Below the pieces are notes generated by a model, which did no database searches, was not told the origin of the DNA, and saw only the letters and a list, made by a program, of their open reading frames with translations. From Spirogloea muscicola (lineage: Eukaryota), in contig WELB01000011.1 of NCBI GenBank assembly GCA_009602725.1, positions 33,912 through 97,911 of the forward strand: DNA of 64,000 nucleotides, given 5' to 3'. A program made the position numbers and the translations under genes. This document shows positions 45,141 to 56,575 of the stretch, piece after piece (positions within the stretch are counted from its first letter, which is position 1; every line of letters begins with the position of its first letter).

Positions 45141-48100
45141 TCAGGCCAAGCTCGGAGGGTCACAAGACGGAAGAGGGCCTATAGGGAAAGGGTCCATAGA
45201 CTCGGGCCTCCAGAAGAAGCACTGGTATATTGGATAAGACAGAGCAACAAATCCAAGGGATAACAAGGTCGGCAGAGGGCTGCTTATGGTGGTGGTCACA
45301 ATGAGGTATCTGCGTAGCATGAGACACCTTGCTTGGTTATTTGCTTGGCAGGCCTCCAACCAAGCACACACTGAGGCAAGCAGGCAAGTTTGTTTGTCTC
45401 AATTGTCTATGACATGCTCATCCCGTCACCGTGTGGAGCAGGGGAAGTGCCCTCACCCAGCGACGGCAATGACGACAAGGGGAACGAGTGGAGTGCATCT
45501 GACTGCATATGGCCTTTCCAGGTGCGGATGATCCCACCGAATCTTGAGGTGGGCGGCGGCAGTGGCACCATAAAAGAGCCACATGGATACACCAAAATAC
45601 TCCAGAAGCTGCAGCGGAACACGTCATGTGGATCTTTCAATTTCACAACCTGTGCCCATATTGCGATGTCAAATAGGACAATGCCGCTGCTGGGAAAGAG
45701 TCTGACTGCATGGCATGGATTGATAAGAGCGGGTTGGCTAACTCACACCGACAAGGTTGCTTGTTGGAAACAGCAAGACCATCACACACCACGCACCCTA
45801 TGTAAACACCGCTCGATATGTTAACCATAATATTAAATAAGGCCAGTGTCTCACAGGACTTCAGCAATCCATCAGGCTTGAGTAGCAGGTGTTGGAGCAT
45901 CTAGCAGTCAATGATCAAGAATGGCCAACCTGGATGACTAAGGCCCTAGATGGTGCTCCACTTCTTTCATCTAGCTTACTCAGCCACTTGGGTATCTGAC
46001 CACCACGAGCTGCAGCGTACTGGCAAAGCATGAACAGATGCAACTGATGAACATTCATCTGACGTGCAAGAAATCTGCACACAACTACATCATACACATG
46101 TCTCCTTGACAGCATACCTTGTGCAAAAGAGCTGGATGAACTAGGTGTCCACAAGCCCAATCACTGTTGTGCATCAACTAAGATGGCAGACCTTGTGCGC
46201 ACGGGAGAGGTCTACTTATTAACAATAGTGGCACACGCCCACAGAGTAACAAGAAGGTGGAGGAGAAAAGAGTGATCACTGTTTCCTTCTCATCTTGGAG
46301 ACCTCTCACCAGATATCTGCCGCCAACGAGGATACTTCCATTGGCACTGCCAAGGACATTAATAGCCACTAGCAGTGACACAATGATACTGGCTGATTGC
46401 CCCAGAGCCCTCTTTGATGCAGTTATGGCAATGACAACACTGGCCTTCACTTCTGCACATCATCGAGGAAGGCAACATGCCAACATGAAAAGCGTCAGAG
46501 ACACTCCATTTCAAATTATACTATGCATCTGATCAGTAGCCTTTCCACTGGACTCTGAGAAAAGAAGGAGCTACTCTTCTTCGTGCACCATCTTTGCAGT
46601 CAAGGACGAGGGGCTCAAGAAGCCATCACACCTGCTGCTGGTAAAATGCAGAGGAATGCCAGGTTCAACGACACCTGCAGGTAATCAAAGGACCATTGCA
46701 CTTATTCTCGCATTCCTTAAGCTGGAAGCAAATCCATCTGAGTATGGTGATGGTGCATTAGTCCATCACCAGAGCCCTCTGCCAGAAAATGTAATTGTCT
46801 CAAAGGAGCACTTAGGCAAGAACCAGTCCCAACAGGTCCGACAAGAAGGACAAAGGATGCTTCGTCCTTCTTCCTGTAGCTTAATGGCACGTCACATGTC
46901 ATCATCCTGAAGCGTAGCCTGCTTGCCAGGAAAACTGCACACTACTTGCCATTCCATCTTACATTGCATAAGGCCCTTCACTACGAGGAAGGTGTGGAGC
47001 ACGCTCACATATATGGCCACAACAGTGATAACTCCTCCAATGGCACAGCGCGGCAGGTTCTTTGAAGGATTTTTTAACTCCTCACTCAAGAACACGACGT
47101 CATTCCTGCCAGTGCGGATCAGAGAGTACATCTGAAGCATATTGCAGAGCTGGGTGTGCCTGATTTGAATTGCAGCAGTGCAGTTCTGAAGAAAGTCATA
47201 ATCGACTAGTCAATCAGACACTTGCTCTAGACTCATGGACATCAATTCTATAAGAAAGCATGAATAAACTGTACGTGGTGGCTAAAGTTGCCACTTTGCC
47301 AAGTGCAAGGTCAGCCATGCTCTAGAGAACCTGGTTTATGACCCTTACCAGCCGTCAAACGCCCAGAGGGCAGCAATCAGCCCAGGGCCCAAGCGGCTGT
47401 AATTGCTCCCTCTAAAAGGAGCTTTGAAGTTGACTTTGGCAACTTCAAGGTCTCTCCGCAAGTACTGAGCAGCAGCTCCCAGAATAAGTATGACTAATAT
47501 CACCTTGCACAAGCTAAATGTATTCTGCACTAATCGACCAATGTGCACCCCTGGCATCGCGTAGAGGTTCTTGTAAGAACATTTGGAGTCTTTATTTCCA
47601 CTCTGTGCAGATACACAACTTGAAGATAGAGCAACTATAGCTGGGCAAGAAGTCACCTCTAATTAGCCACTTGCATGGACGAGACATTTATCCTCCACAC
47701 AATGAGCTTCAATGGTGATATCACAAAGGTAATCAGCACCTACCTAGGCAATTAATTGCAGTGAGGATGACGATGCAACCAATAGCAGCAGCTTTCACTC
47801 GAAGGTCTGTATCCAAATCGGGATTTGTCAGATCTAGGTCAAAGATCTGCATTGTGCCACCAACAGCAGGCTCAGCAAAAGCAGGTTCTACATTTTCCCC
47901 TGTGTTCACAGCTTGATTGACCAGGCATATTGCTGCTGCTGAGCTACTTTGCATTGTCTAATCACACAAAATTTGTAGAGAGGTGAGGAGGGAGCTTCAG
48001 AACAAAGCCCGAGGACTTACCGAAGCCGTAAGATAGCGAGCAAAGGTGATGGCCACTATGCTGAGGCCGCCAGTCTTCAAGATGAAGAACATTGTCCATG

Positions 48101-48739
48101 TGAACGCAAATGATGCTGCATTGCCAAACGCAATCTGTTCACAACAAGGGCACCAAACAACAATAAGCAGCTCAAATGTCATCGTCTTGCCTACTGTATA
48201 TATTCCACAGCACAGTCATTGTTTGAAGCAATTCTAGGTGCAAGCATTGTCTAAATTTCTAAAATGAAAGCACTTACTGCATCTGGGACTAGCTCCAAAG
48301 CAAGCGGCGCACCTTAAGGTACTCCGCATCGCCACCAGCTGACGGTATGGCAGAGCCGAGCTCGGCGTATATGAGGCAAGAGCTCAGGGCCACGATCCCC
48401 GCGACAAGCCACGCAAGCAGGTGCAGGCCGACGCTGCCGACGTCCTGCAGGACCACGCCAGGCGACGCAAAGATCCCGCTGCCAACGATCACGCCCACAA
48501 CGACACTGCAGCACGAAGGGAAGGCGAGGACTTCTGCTGCACTGAGCGGCTGGTCTCCACTGTTGTGTCGTTCCGGGCTTCTCAAGCCAGGTGCTGTGCA
48601 ATGTGAGAGGCAGCTCTGCCAGAGTAAGGCGATAGCTGTGAGAGGCCAGCCAGAATAGATGAACAAGGTCAGAAAGCGGCGCTTTGAAATTGCGGCAGCG
48701 GATCTGGATGCGCCACCTGTAGCCGTCCAGGGCGCTGAG
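45141..48739 (-). CDS. APC-superfamily L-type amino acid transporter (SLC7/LAT-like); 5' end lost at 'n'
   Basis: VIVGSGIFASPG; YAELGSAIPSAGGDAEYL; ALWAFDGW|ND; SEELKNPSKNLPR; GSANGSILVGGRYL|YAAARGGQIP; HPHLERPY. Confidence 0.88.
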
Positions 48740-51700
48740 NAGACCGGCTAGCACGCCGCCATGGCAGCTCGCGAGAGACGCACCTTTTTTTCCCCCCCCT
48801 TTTTTTTCTCTCTCTTTTTGGCCTCGGTGACAGTGGTGAAGAAGGCGCGCGGTCCGCATGAAATTGAAAGGGATGCCAATTCTAGCCATACAAATGTCCT
48901 GTTAACTGGGTAATGAGCTGGCTAAGGGGGACACTCATATCCCCGAGTGAGCACATGCAGATCTGACAAGCTATACTGAGGAGCCAAACCACCACCATAG
49001 AAGCCACTAGCCTGGGCGAATGCACGACCAGCACGCTGGTGAATCGCGAGTGCCTGGGAGCGCTGCAGACTCAATTATAGCCGCATTCTACAGCATGCAA
49101 CGATGGCTTGCGGGACGCTGAATGGCCTAAGCTACCCGCCCGACTACGTCGGCGGGCATCAATATGCAGTGCCAAGCGATGGAGGAGGGAAGACCACTTC
49201 GTCCCGTAGCCGCCGTACATGTCCGTGGCGCACGGGAAGAAGTGATCGCCCCGGGGTGGTCATGTTAGTCCTCATCTCCTTCTTCCTCTCCCCATGATGT
49301 GTCGAGTGGTGAAATCCTTGTCCAGTATTCCTGGGCTGGCTTTTCGCAGCCCTCGCCCATCCCCGAACAACGTGCTTACTCGTGGTCACAAAGCGGGTCA
49401 GCTTAGCAGCAGGTATGTACAGCTGTCAATGTGCTTGCCTTTGAACTTGGCCACTCAGGCCCTATCACTCAAAAACCTTTGGACGAGCTTACTTTCCTGG
49501 CAGTCCAGGGCGTCAGCCCGCGTGCGGTGCGCATGTAATGTGAGGGGGCCAAAGCAAGCCAGTACACTACGTAAGAAAAAAAGGCGCAGCGAAGGAAGGC
49601 CCACTCTCGGACGGGCCACCATCCGCTGTTCTGAAAATGGTGCCCAGTTGTCGCATAGATCTTCCCTTTATCTCTATCATTTCACTTTTTTGCCTTGTAT
49701 ATACTTTTGGACTGGCCTCAAATCCATTCCCTTACATTGAAAGCTGTATCTTCTCGCTGCTCTGACTTGCGGCTGCTGACTAGGGGTTGTCGAGCACCTT
49801 TTTGTTGTAGCCACTTGAGTAGGTGCTTTTGGCGCTTCAGCGCTTCCCGGCCCCTTTGGACCTTGTCCATGTTTAATTGGGGCTGGCCTCTAAGACCCCT
49901 TGCCTTGCACCTGCGTGCTGGCCGAGCTCTCGCTGCAGCCTCTGGCTTTCGTCAAGGGGATTGCTTTCCGGCTGCTAGTCTTTTGGATCTGCGGCTCCTC
50001 ACTCGTGGTTGTTGAGTGATTTATCCTACCCCAGCGCTTTTGACCCCTTCGAACCTTGTCAAATTGGGCTGGATTTTCACACTCCATGCCTCCTTTGGGA
50101 CCTTGTCCATTCCTTTGGGCTGGCCTCTCACAGCCACCAGTCAATCTGGCCGCGCTTTCTTTTTTGGGAGAGCCACTTCCTCCTTGTGTTGTGTTTCCGG
50201 CTGAGATGCGCTTGCCAGCTGCTTATCTGTCGTTCTTGCGATGACGAGTTTTGGCCTGCTTTCAGCGTGCTCAGGCTTATGCCTTGCACCAGAAAGCTGG
50301 GCGAGCTCTAATTGGTGGCAGAAGGGCTTCGTATCTGACATCTAGTAGTCAGGCATTGATTAGCGACCTGTATGTTTTGACCCGTGGTTACTGAGCGGGT
50401 CAATCTGCTGTAGATAATGTAGGTCTTTAGATGTGCTTGCCTTTGTATTTGGCCATTTGGCCTTCGTTTGTTTCCAAATACACGAGATATTTTCTTCATG
50501 GGAGCTGCCATCTTGGTGTCTCTTGCTTTCCTGAGTAGATACACCTCCTGACTCCTGTGGACTTTGTTCATCCTCTTTAGGTTGGCCTCTACTGCCATTG
50601 TCAAACAGCCTTTGCCCCAGATTGACAGCAGTGACTGTGTGGCCAGCCCAAAGAAGAAGTGGCTCTCCCAATGGGGGCAAGGGCTGTGAAAAAGAAGAAA
50701 GTGATCGCCCCTTGAGGATAGGGGCTGGAAAAGCCAGCCCAAAAGGAATGGTGGACGAAGTCGGAAAGAGCCGGATGTCGCAGGAAGCAGGAAAGAGGTA
50801 GAATTCCAAGTATAAGAAACAAATGTAGGCCAATGGCCAAGTACAAAAGCAAGCACATCCAAAGATCTACATAACCTTCAGCAGGTTGACCCGCTCAATA
50901 ACCACGGGTCACAACATAGAGGTCACTAATCGATGCATGAATACTAGATGCCAGAAACGGAGCCCTTCTGCCACCAACTAGAGCTCGCCCAGTTTTCTGG
51001 TGCAAGGCACTAGCCTGAGCACGCTGCAAACAGGCCGAAACTCGTCGTCGCAAGAGCGATAGTCATGCAGCTGGCAAGCCCATCTCAGCCGGAAACACAT
51101 CTGCACGTCGAGTGTAGCCTAGATTGGCAATGTTTTGAAGGAGCGTGTGGAAACGAGGATGCAGACAGCCATAGATGTCGATTGCCGCTGGCAGGAGCTG
51201 ACGCATTGGGGGTAATCGGAGTAGTGCCGCAGTTTCTTTGTTCTGCACCGCCCACTGCATGCCCAGCGATGTGTGTCGATGCTGGGCCCTTATATGCCTC
51301 CGTAACAACAACGTCGACCAGGGCCCGTGGTCCTCCACCAGGTTGCACGCCCACAATGTCAAGTGTGCGGCGATGATGACGTTCCTGGGCGTCCGTGGTG
51401 ATAGGCATGATGTTGTTGACTTCCACAACTGCTCGATAGCCGGCGTCGCGCATCAAGCCCGCCAGGGCATCGCGAAGGAGGTTGTGAATGCCCACCACTT
51501 CTGGTCCAATGGGGCATCTTAGCATGTGAGTGGCGAGCACAGCACCCTCTGCACGGAAGCCGCACTCGCACTGGCGCACCCCAATCAGGCAGTTAGGTGG
51601 GAGGCCGAGGAAGAGTTGAAGCGATGTCCGAAAGGCCTCGGAGCTGATGCTGAAGGCGTTGGCGACGGGGGGAGAGGTGATCCGGTCAGTGGCAACAGGT

Positions 51701-52330
51701 GTAGCCAGAGAAGTAAGTCTTGCCAAGCTCCTTGGATTGTTCTGAATCTCTGGCAGCCTCCTCAACCTTCTGCGGCGGTCGTCTTCCACGGTCATAACCA
51801 GTCTGGATTGTGCCCCTCTATCAGAAGCTTGGGCGAGGGCGGAGAATGGCGTGAGTAGGGGTTGGAGAGAGGGGAAAGAGCTGATGGCTGAGTCGCGGAT
51901 GCTCCTCAGATCCGCTTGGAAGGGGAAGGAGCCGTCCGCGGCCAGACTGACTGGTGGCTGGGAAAGGCCAGCCCAAGGGAATGAACAAGGTCTGAAGGAG
52001 CCGGAGTGCGAACGACAAGGACTAAGGCATCAGCCAGGGAACGCTCAGTAACCTTAGTCAGGAGATGCAAGTCTGAGTAGCTAGCTGGCGGAAAGCAGGA
52101 AACCAGTCTTTAAGACGTCAGCAAGTGGGCTCTCAGAAACCTCTAGTCAGTAAGTGCAAGTCTGATTGACTAGAGTAACTAGTCTGAATAACCGGTGCCC
52201 CCTTCGGAAGAACTTGATCTCTTCCGTGGCAGAGCCCACTTGGCATCGTCTGCCTCCGCATGGGCCACACAGAGAGAAGGCGCGCGGTGCGCATGAAATG
52301 AAAGCGTTGCCAATGCAAGCAAATGCAGAC
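48620..52330. mobile_element. Repeat island 2: nested CRE-like retrotransposon 3' ends
   Basis: Eight SDLxxLTRG(Y/C/F)-type termini (~48940-, 49375+, 49760+, 49990+, 50365+, 50896-, 52045-, 52133-), with the same UTR modules as island 1. Confidence 0.75.
50810..51795 (-). mobile_element. Second CRE-like RLE element copy, near-identical to 26751-27740, frameshifted
   Basis: Same zinc knuckle, HNLLRD, RRTLDIVG...LVDVVV, and identical-type 3' UTR. Confidence 0.8.
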
Positions 52331-52563
52331 CCAAAAACTGCAGGAATGAGGTGTCGCTTCGTCGACGTTCCACAAGAAAAGCCCAAATCCATGATCAAGT
52401 GATGGCCGCAAGCCGGGAAGCCCCGTTCAAAATCTTAATCCCCCCGCCCCCCATACTGCCTCCTCCCCACCGGTTCCCACCAGCACCCCGCCCCGAGCCC
52501 ACGCCCCGAGAGCGCCCCGCGGCGGATATCGCGGCCACCGCGGCGGAGCTCGAGGCGGACGCC

Positions 52564-54001
52564 ATGGGCGCCGTGGCCTTCCTCGGCCGCGTCTTCTTCG
52601 CCGCAATCTTCGTTTTGGCCGCCTGGCAAAAGTGCAACTCCCAGCACCGCACGCCGGCGCCGCACCGCTGCGCTATCGCGCCGGCCCAGCTTCCGGCGCT
52701 GTCGAGACAGTCCTTTACTTGAGCTGTGACTATCTGCTCGATCGAATGTCATTCCGGCGGTCGCTTGGCGCTGAAGTCTGTGACCCTCGTGCGTCGGCAG
52801 GACTGTGGACTTTGGCAGCGATGGGGGGCCGGCGCTCAAGGGCATGGAGCCGAAGCTGGAGGCGTTCAGGGGCCACATCACCCGCCTGCTCAACGTCCAA
52901 GTCCCCGAAGTGGACGTAGGCTCCACACCGGCGCACCACGTGATCCTAGGCGGTTTGCTGTGCCAGTAGCATGCAGACTGACGTCATTGCTTGCTTGAAG
53001 GGTCTGGGGCTGTCATGCAAGCCCTGTTGTACGATGACGATTGACGACTTGAAGGAAGCGGAGCAATGCTCCTGCAGACACGAACGTTGCTTCACCTCGC
53101 TTGACAGCCTCTAGACAGTCAAAGGGATCTTTGCTTCAAGTTTTCACTCGGACTTCCACTAGGTGACTTGCCCTCCAAGTGTCAACCATCTCGACCATCT
53201 TGTAGAAGTCCGTCTATAATGGACTACGTATGTGCGTGCTTGTTTACAGCCCAAGTTGCTGCTGATTACTGCCATCGTCCTGGAGGGACTGGGAGGAATT
53301 CTCTTCACACTCGGGAGCAACCTCGGGGCTCTCCTTCTGGTCAAGCACCTCCCCTAGCTCATCCCACCTTGATTTTTCTTTGCAACATCTATATGCTTTG
53401 GAAGCTTGAGTTCGGATCCAGCAAAGTTGGTAGCTCCGTGCACGAAGGCAATGTGCAAGGCATGCTCCTTGCCTGTGGATCCTGTACCCTGCCACTTCAC
53501 TATATCTGGGAGTTGGTCATTCAGGTGGATGCATTATTAGCGTACCAGTGGCAGAAACAGCACCTGACCTGTAAACAATTTCAATACAATCTTCTGATTA
53601 TGTGGACCAAACTCTCCTTGTTGCTGTTGCAGCTGCTCTTCCTTGTCGCCGTCACCCCCATCATGCACGACTTCTATAACTTCGAGCCAACCAGCCAGGA
53701 GTTCACTCAGGAGTTCATTCAGTTTCTTAAGGTAAGAATAGTTGTGTGGCATTATAAGGACTTCATCTGACATCCTGCAGAGATGTATGTCCCTTCTGGC
53801 TGATCTGTACAATACGCTTGACATAGGAGAATGAGGGTGTAGTGGTGCCTCACCACCAAGCCTAAATCCCTATTCCAATGGTATCTTCGGTGACAGAATA
53901 TGTCCCTGTTTGGCGCTCTTCTCTTCTACCTCGGCCTGCGCAACTCAGCTGCCAGATCACTTGCTCGAAGAAAGGCTGGAGTGAAGACCAAGATGACTTG
54001 A
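52564..54001 (+). CDS. HR-like lesion-inducing family membrane protein, 5 exons
   Basis: MGAVAFLGRVFFAAIF; DFGSDGGPA; LEGLGGILF; TPIMHDFYNF; FLK|NMSLFGALLFYLG; C-terminal KTKMT* (KxKxx ER-retrieval motif). Confidence 0.88.
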
Positions 54002-54548
54002 TGGGCCAGAGAGAGAAATCACAGGCTTAGCGTGCCTGTGTTGCCGGCTGAATGTGTTCGCTAGTGTGCTGAGATAGTAAGCCGCATGGATTCTGGCTCC
54101 TATTGCGCAGCGGCAGGGCTCAGAGCAAGTGGCAGGGTGCCTGTAATCAGTGCGTTCACGTGCAGATTATCGTGGTGAAGCTGCTAGTGGTCTAAAAGGT
54201 ATTCGTGGCCTGCTTTAGCTTCAATTCGTGGAGCCCTCCTTCACACCCTTCTCACATAACAGCAGGTGTCAGCTATCATCTTGCAGTCTGTGATGCCGAT
54301 GCTCCTGGCAAAATTTGTCAGAGCTTTGTCAGAGCTCCTCCCAAATCGTTCCCTGCTTCCTCGGTCTGCTCTTGCAGTACTTCATCTTGCTCTACAAGTG
54401 CCTAGCAAGTCGAAGTGCGCGCCCCCTTTAGCACTGAGCAACCTTGGAAAACGTTCCACTCGATCAGTAATATAGGAGTAATCAAGGGCTCTTAAGATGG
54501 GAAAACTGGAAAGTGGATGATTTGCTGTAGCATTTAACCAAGCTCTCT

Positions 54549-55101
54549 TCAGGGGTCGAATGCCTCAGGTGGGGGTGGCACGAGGTTGATGCCACGAGGG
54601 TCGAGGAGCTGCACGACCACCAGGTACGCAACACCAAGCAGCACAGCGACGACGCCGGTCACGATCGCCGTGGTCTGCCCCTTCTCGTCCTTGGCTGCAA
54701 CGCCTGGCGAGACTCGGAGCGACCAGTCAGTCGCAACACCAAGACTCACAACCTGCGCATGTGCTGAGGCTGAATTGGCTTTCCTTGTGCCAACGGCCTT
54801 CTGCAGGATTTATTAGTCAGCGAGACGGCACCCACGCTTGCTGCTCGTGCTGCCGCTCGCCGGCTGAGCCGACGGCGACGGCGGCGGCGGCGGCGACGGC
54901 GGCAGCGGCGGAGGCTCGTCTGCAGCCGCCCTCTCCACGGGTCTGGCGCTCCCGTCCGGCGCTCTGGTCGCCACAAAGCCCCGCAGCAGCCTGGACGACA
55001 GCTACGGCCAGCCGCGTGTTGGCGCACGGCCACGGCGCGGCGACGGGTTTGGCCTCGCCGTCGCGACGAGCGGGCGCGCCGCGGCGGCGCACCTTGCGGG
55101 C
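54549..55101 (-). CDS. Small single-TM protein, probably plastid-targeted and cyanobacterial-like; 5' end at 'n'
   Basis: C-terminus TAIVTGVVAVLLGVAYLVVVQLLDPRGINLVPPPPEAFDP*, preceded by an Ala/Arg-rich transit-like region. Confidence 0.6.
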
Positions 55102-55566
55102 NCCCTAACCCTAATACGCCCAATGGCCTTATCCTTCTATACTTCTCATCATCACGTTCACGGTTCGATTCGTGCAAACCCCATGGCGAGAGTCCTCTTG
55201 CCGCAAGACCCCTAGCCTTAGACCCTCCGGCTCTGCGCCGGCTGCCAGCGCCGCGCCGCGCGCTCGGCGGCGGCGGCGGCGGCGGCGCCTCTCACGGCAA
55301 GCGATGCCTGCTCGAGCGGCAGCCCTTGCGAGCTCGCGCTCCACACCGGCAGCTTGAGCTCCGCCGGGGCAGTGGCTGCGGCGCGAGCTTGCTTGCGGTT
55401 GGGCGGCCCTCCTTGGCTGCTGCTTCTGCGGCAGCTGGCCCTGTCGTTCCTTGGCGTCTACGCGGCCGTCAGCTCTTCAATGGCTCCCTTGCTATACTCC
55501 GAGCCCGCACTCCCCGCGTTGCCCTCCTGTGCGGAGCCCAGATGATGTCCCTCGGCGGCGCCGCGC

Positions 55567-56289
55567 ATGGAGTTCTGCCCGACGTGCGGGAACATACTCC
55601 TCGTGGAGCACGCGGCGGGCCAGGGCGTGCGATTCTTCTGCCAGACGTGCCCATTTATCTACTGCATTGACAGAAAGGTGAGCATGTATGCTGTGCGCTG
55701 CCGCGCGCAAGCATGCCACTCGAGCCTGCAATCAGGCCTTTCGGTGCCTCTAGCCCTGACTGTTGGAGCTTCTGAGCTGCATTCAAAGCCCTGTCTTGAC
55801 GTTCTCGCTGCTAACCTGGACCACTGCATCCACTGCCTTCGCTTACGTTGGGCAAAATCGTTGTTGTTACTCACCAAAGCTGGGGGTCTGCCCACCTTGC
55901 TGTGCAGCTGAGCAAGCGCCTGCAGTTAGTCAAGAAGGAGGTGGATGATGTCCTCGGCGGAGAAGAGGCCTGGAAGAACGTGGACCGCATCGAAGGTGCA
56001 ACTTTCACTAAACTGCTGCCTGAGGCCCAAAGCTCAGGCATGACTGATGCGCACATAATATTTCGCCTATCAGACTTGCTACGGAGCTCACGGTGTGTCA
56101 AAGAGTTAGACCTGGCGCTCACCTTGCTAATCCCATGCTGTATGGTGACTTCGTGCAGTGACCTGTGAGAGGTGCCAAAGTCCAGAGGCCTTCTTCATGC
56201 AAGTCCAAACTAGGTCTGCCGATGAGCCGATGACCACGTTCTACAAGTGCTGCAACCTGCAGTGCAGTTACCGGTGGAAGGAAGGTTGA
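55567..56289 (+). CDS. RPC11: RNA polymerase III subunit C11 (RPC10/RPC11, POLR3K-like), 3 exons
   Basis: MEFCPTCGNILL...CQTCPF; EVDDVLGGEEAWKNVD; CERC...QTRSADEPMTTFYKC. Confidence 0.95.
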
Positions 56290-56575
56290 CGACATGACAC
56301 CTTATAGATATGTGACACAGCGCTCCACAAAGGGAAGCTGAACTTGTGAGGTCCTACCCCTCGCTCGTGTGCTGCCTCCGTTTGCTGTCAAACAGCATAA
56401 CCATTGCTTTTATGACTTCATTGATAAGGTACTCTTTCAAAGGTTATCATTAGGTTCAAGTCATAACAGCTGGAGTTGAATAATTGAGGGTTGTAACATC
56501 GTCAAGCAAGAAGATGAAGACCTGAGCTCAATGTCCGCTTCTTCTGATACTGGAGTACCTGTAGAAGCTGTCTGG

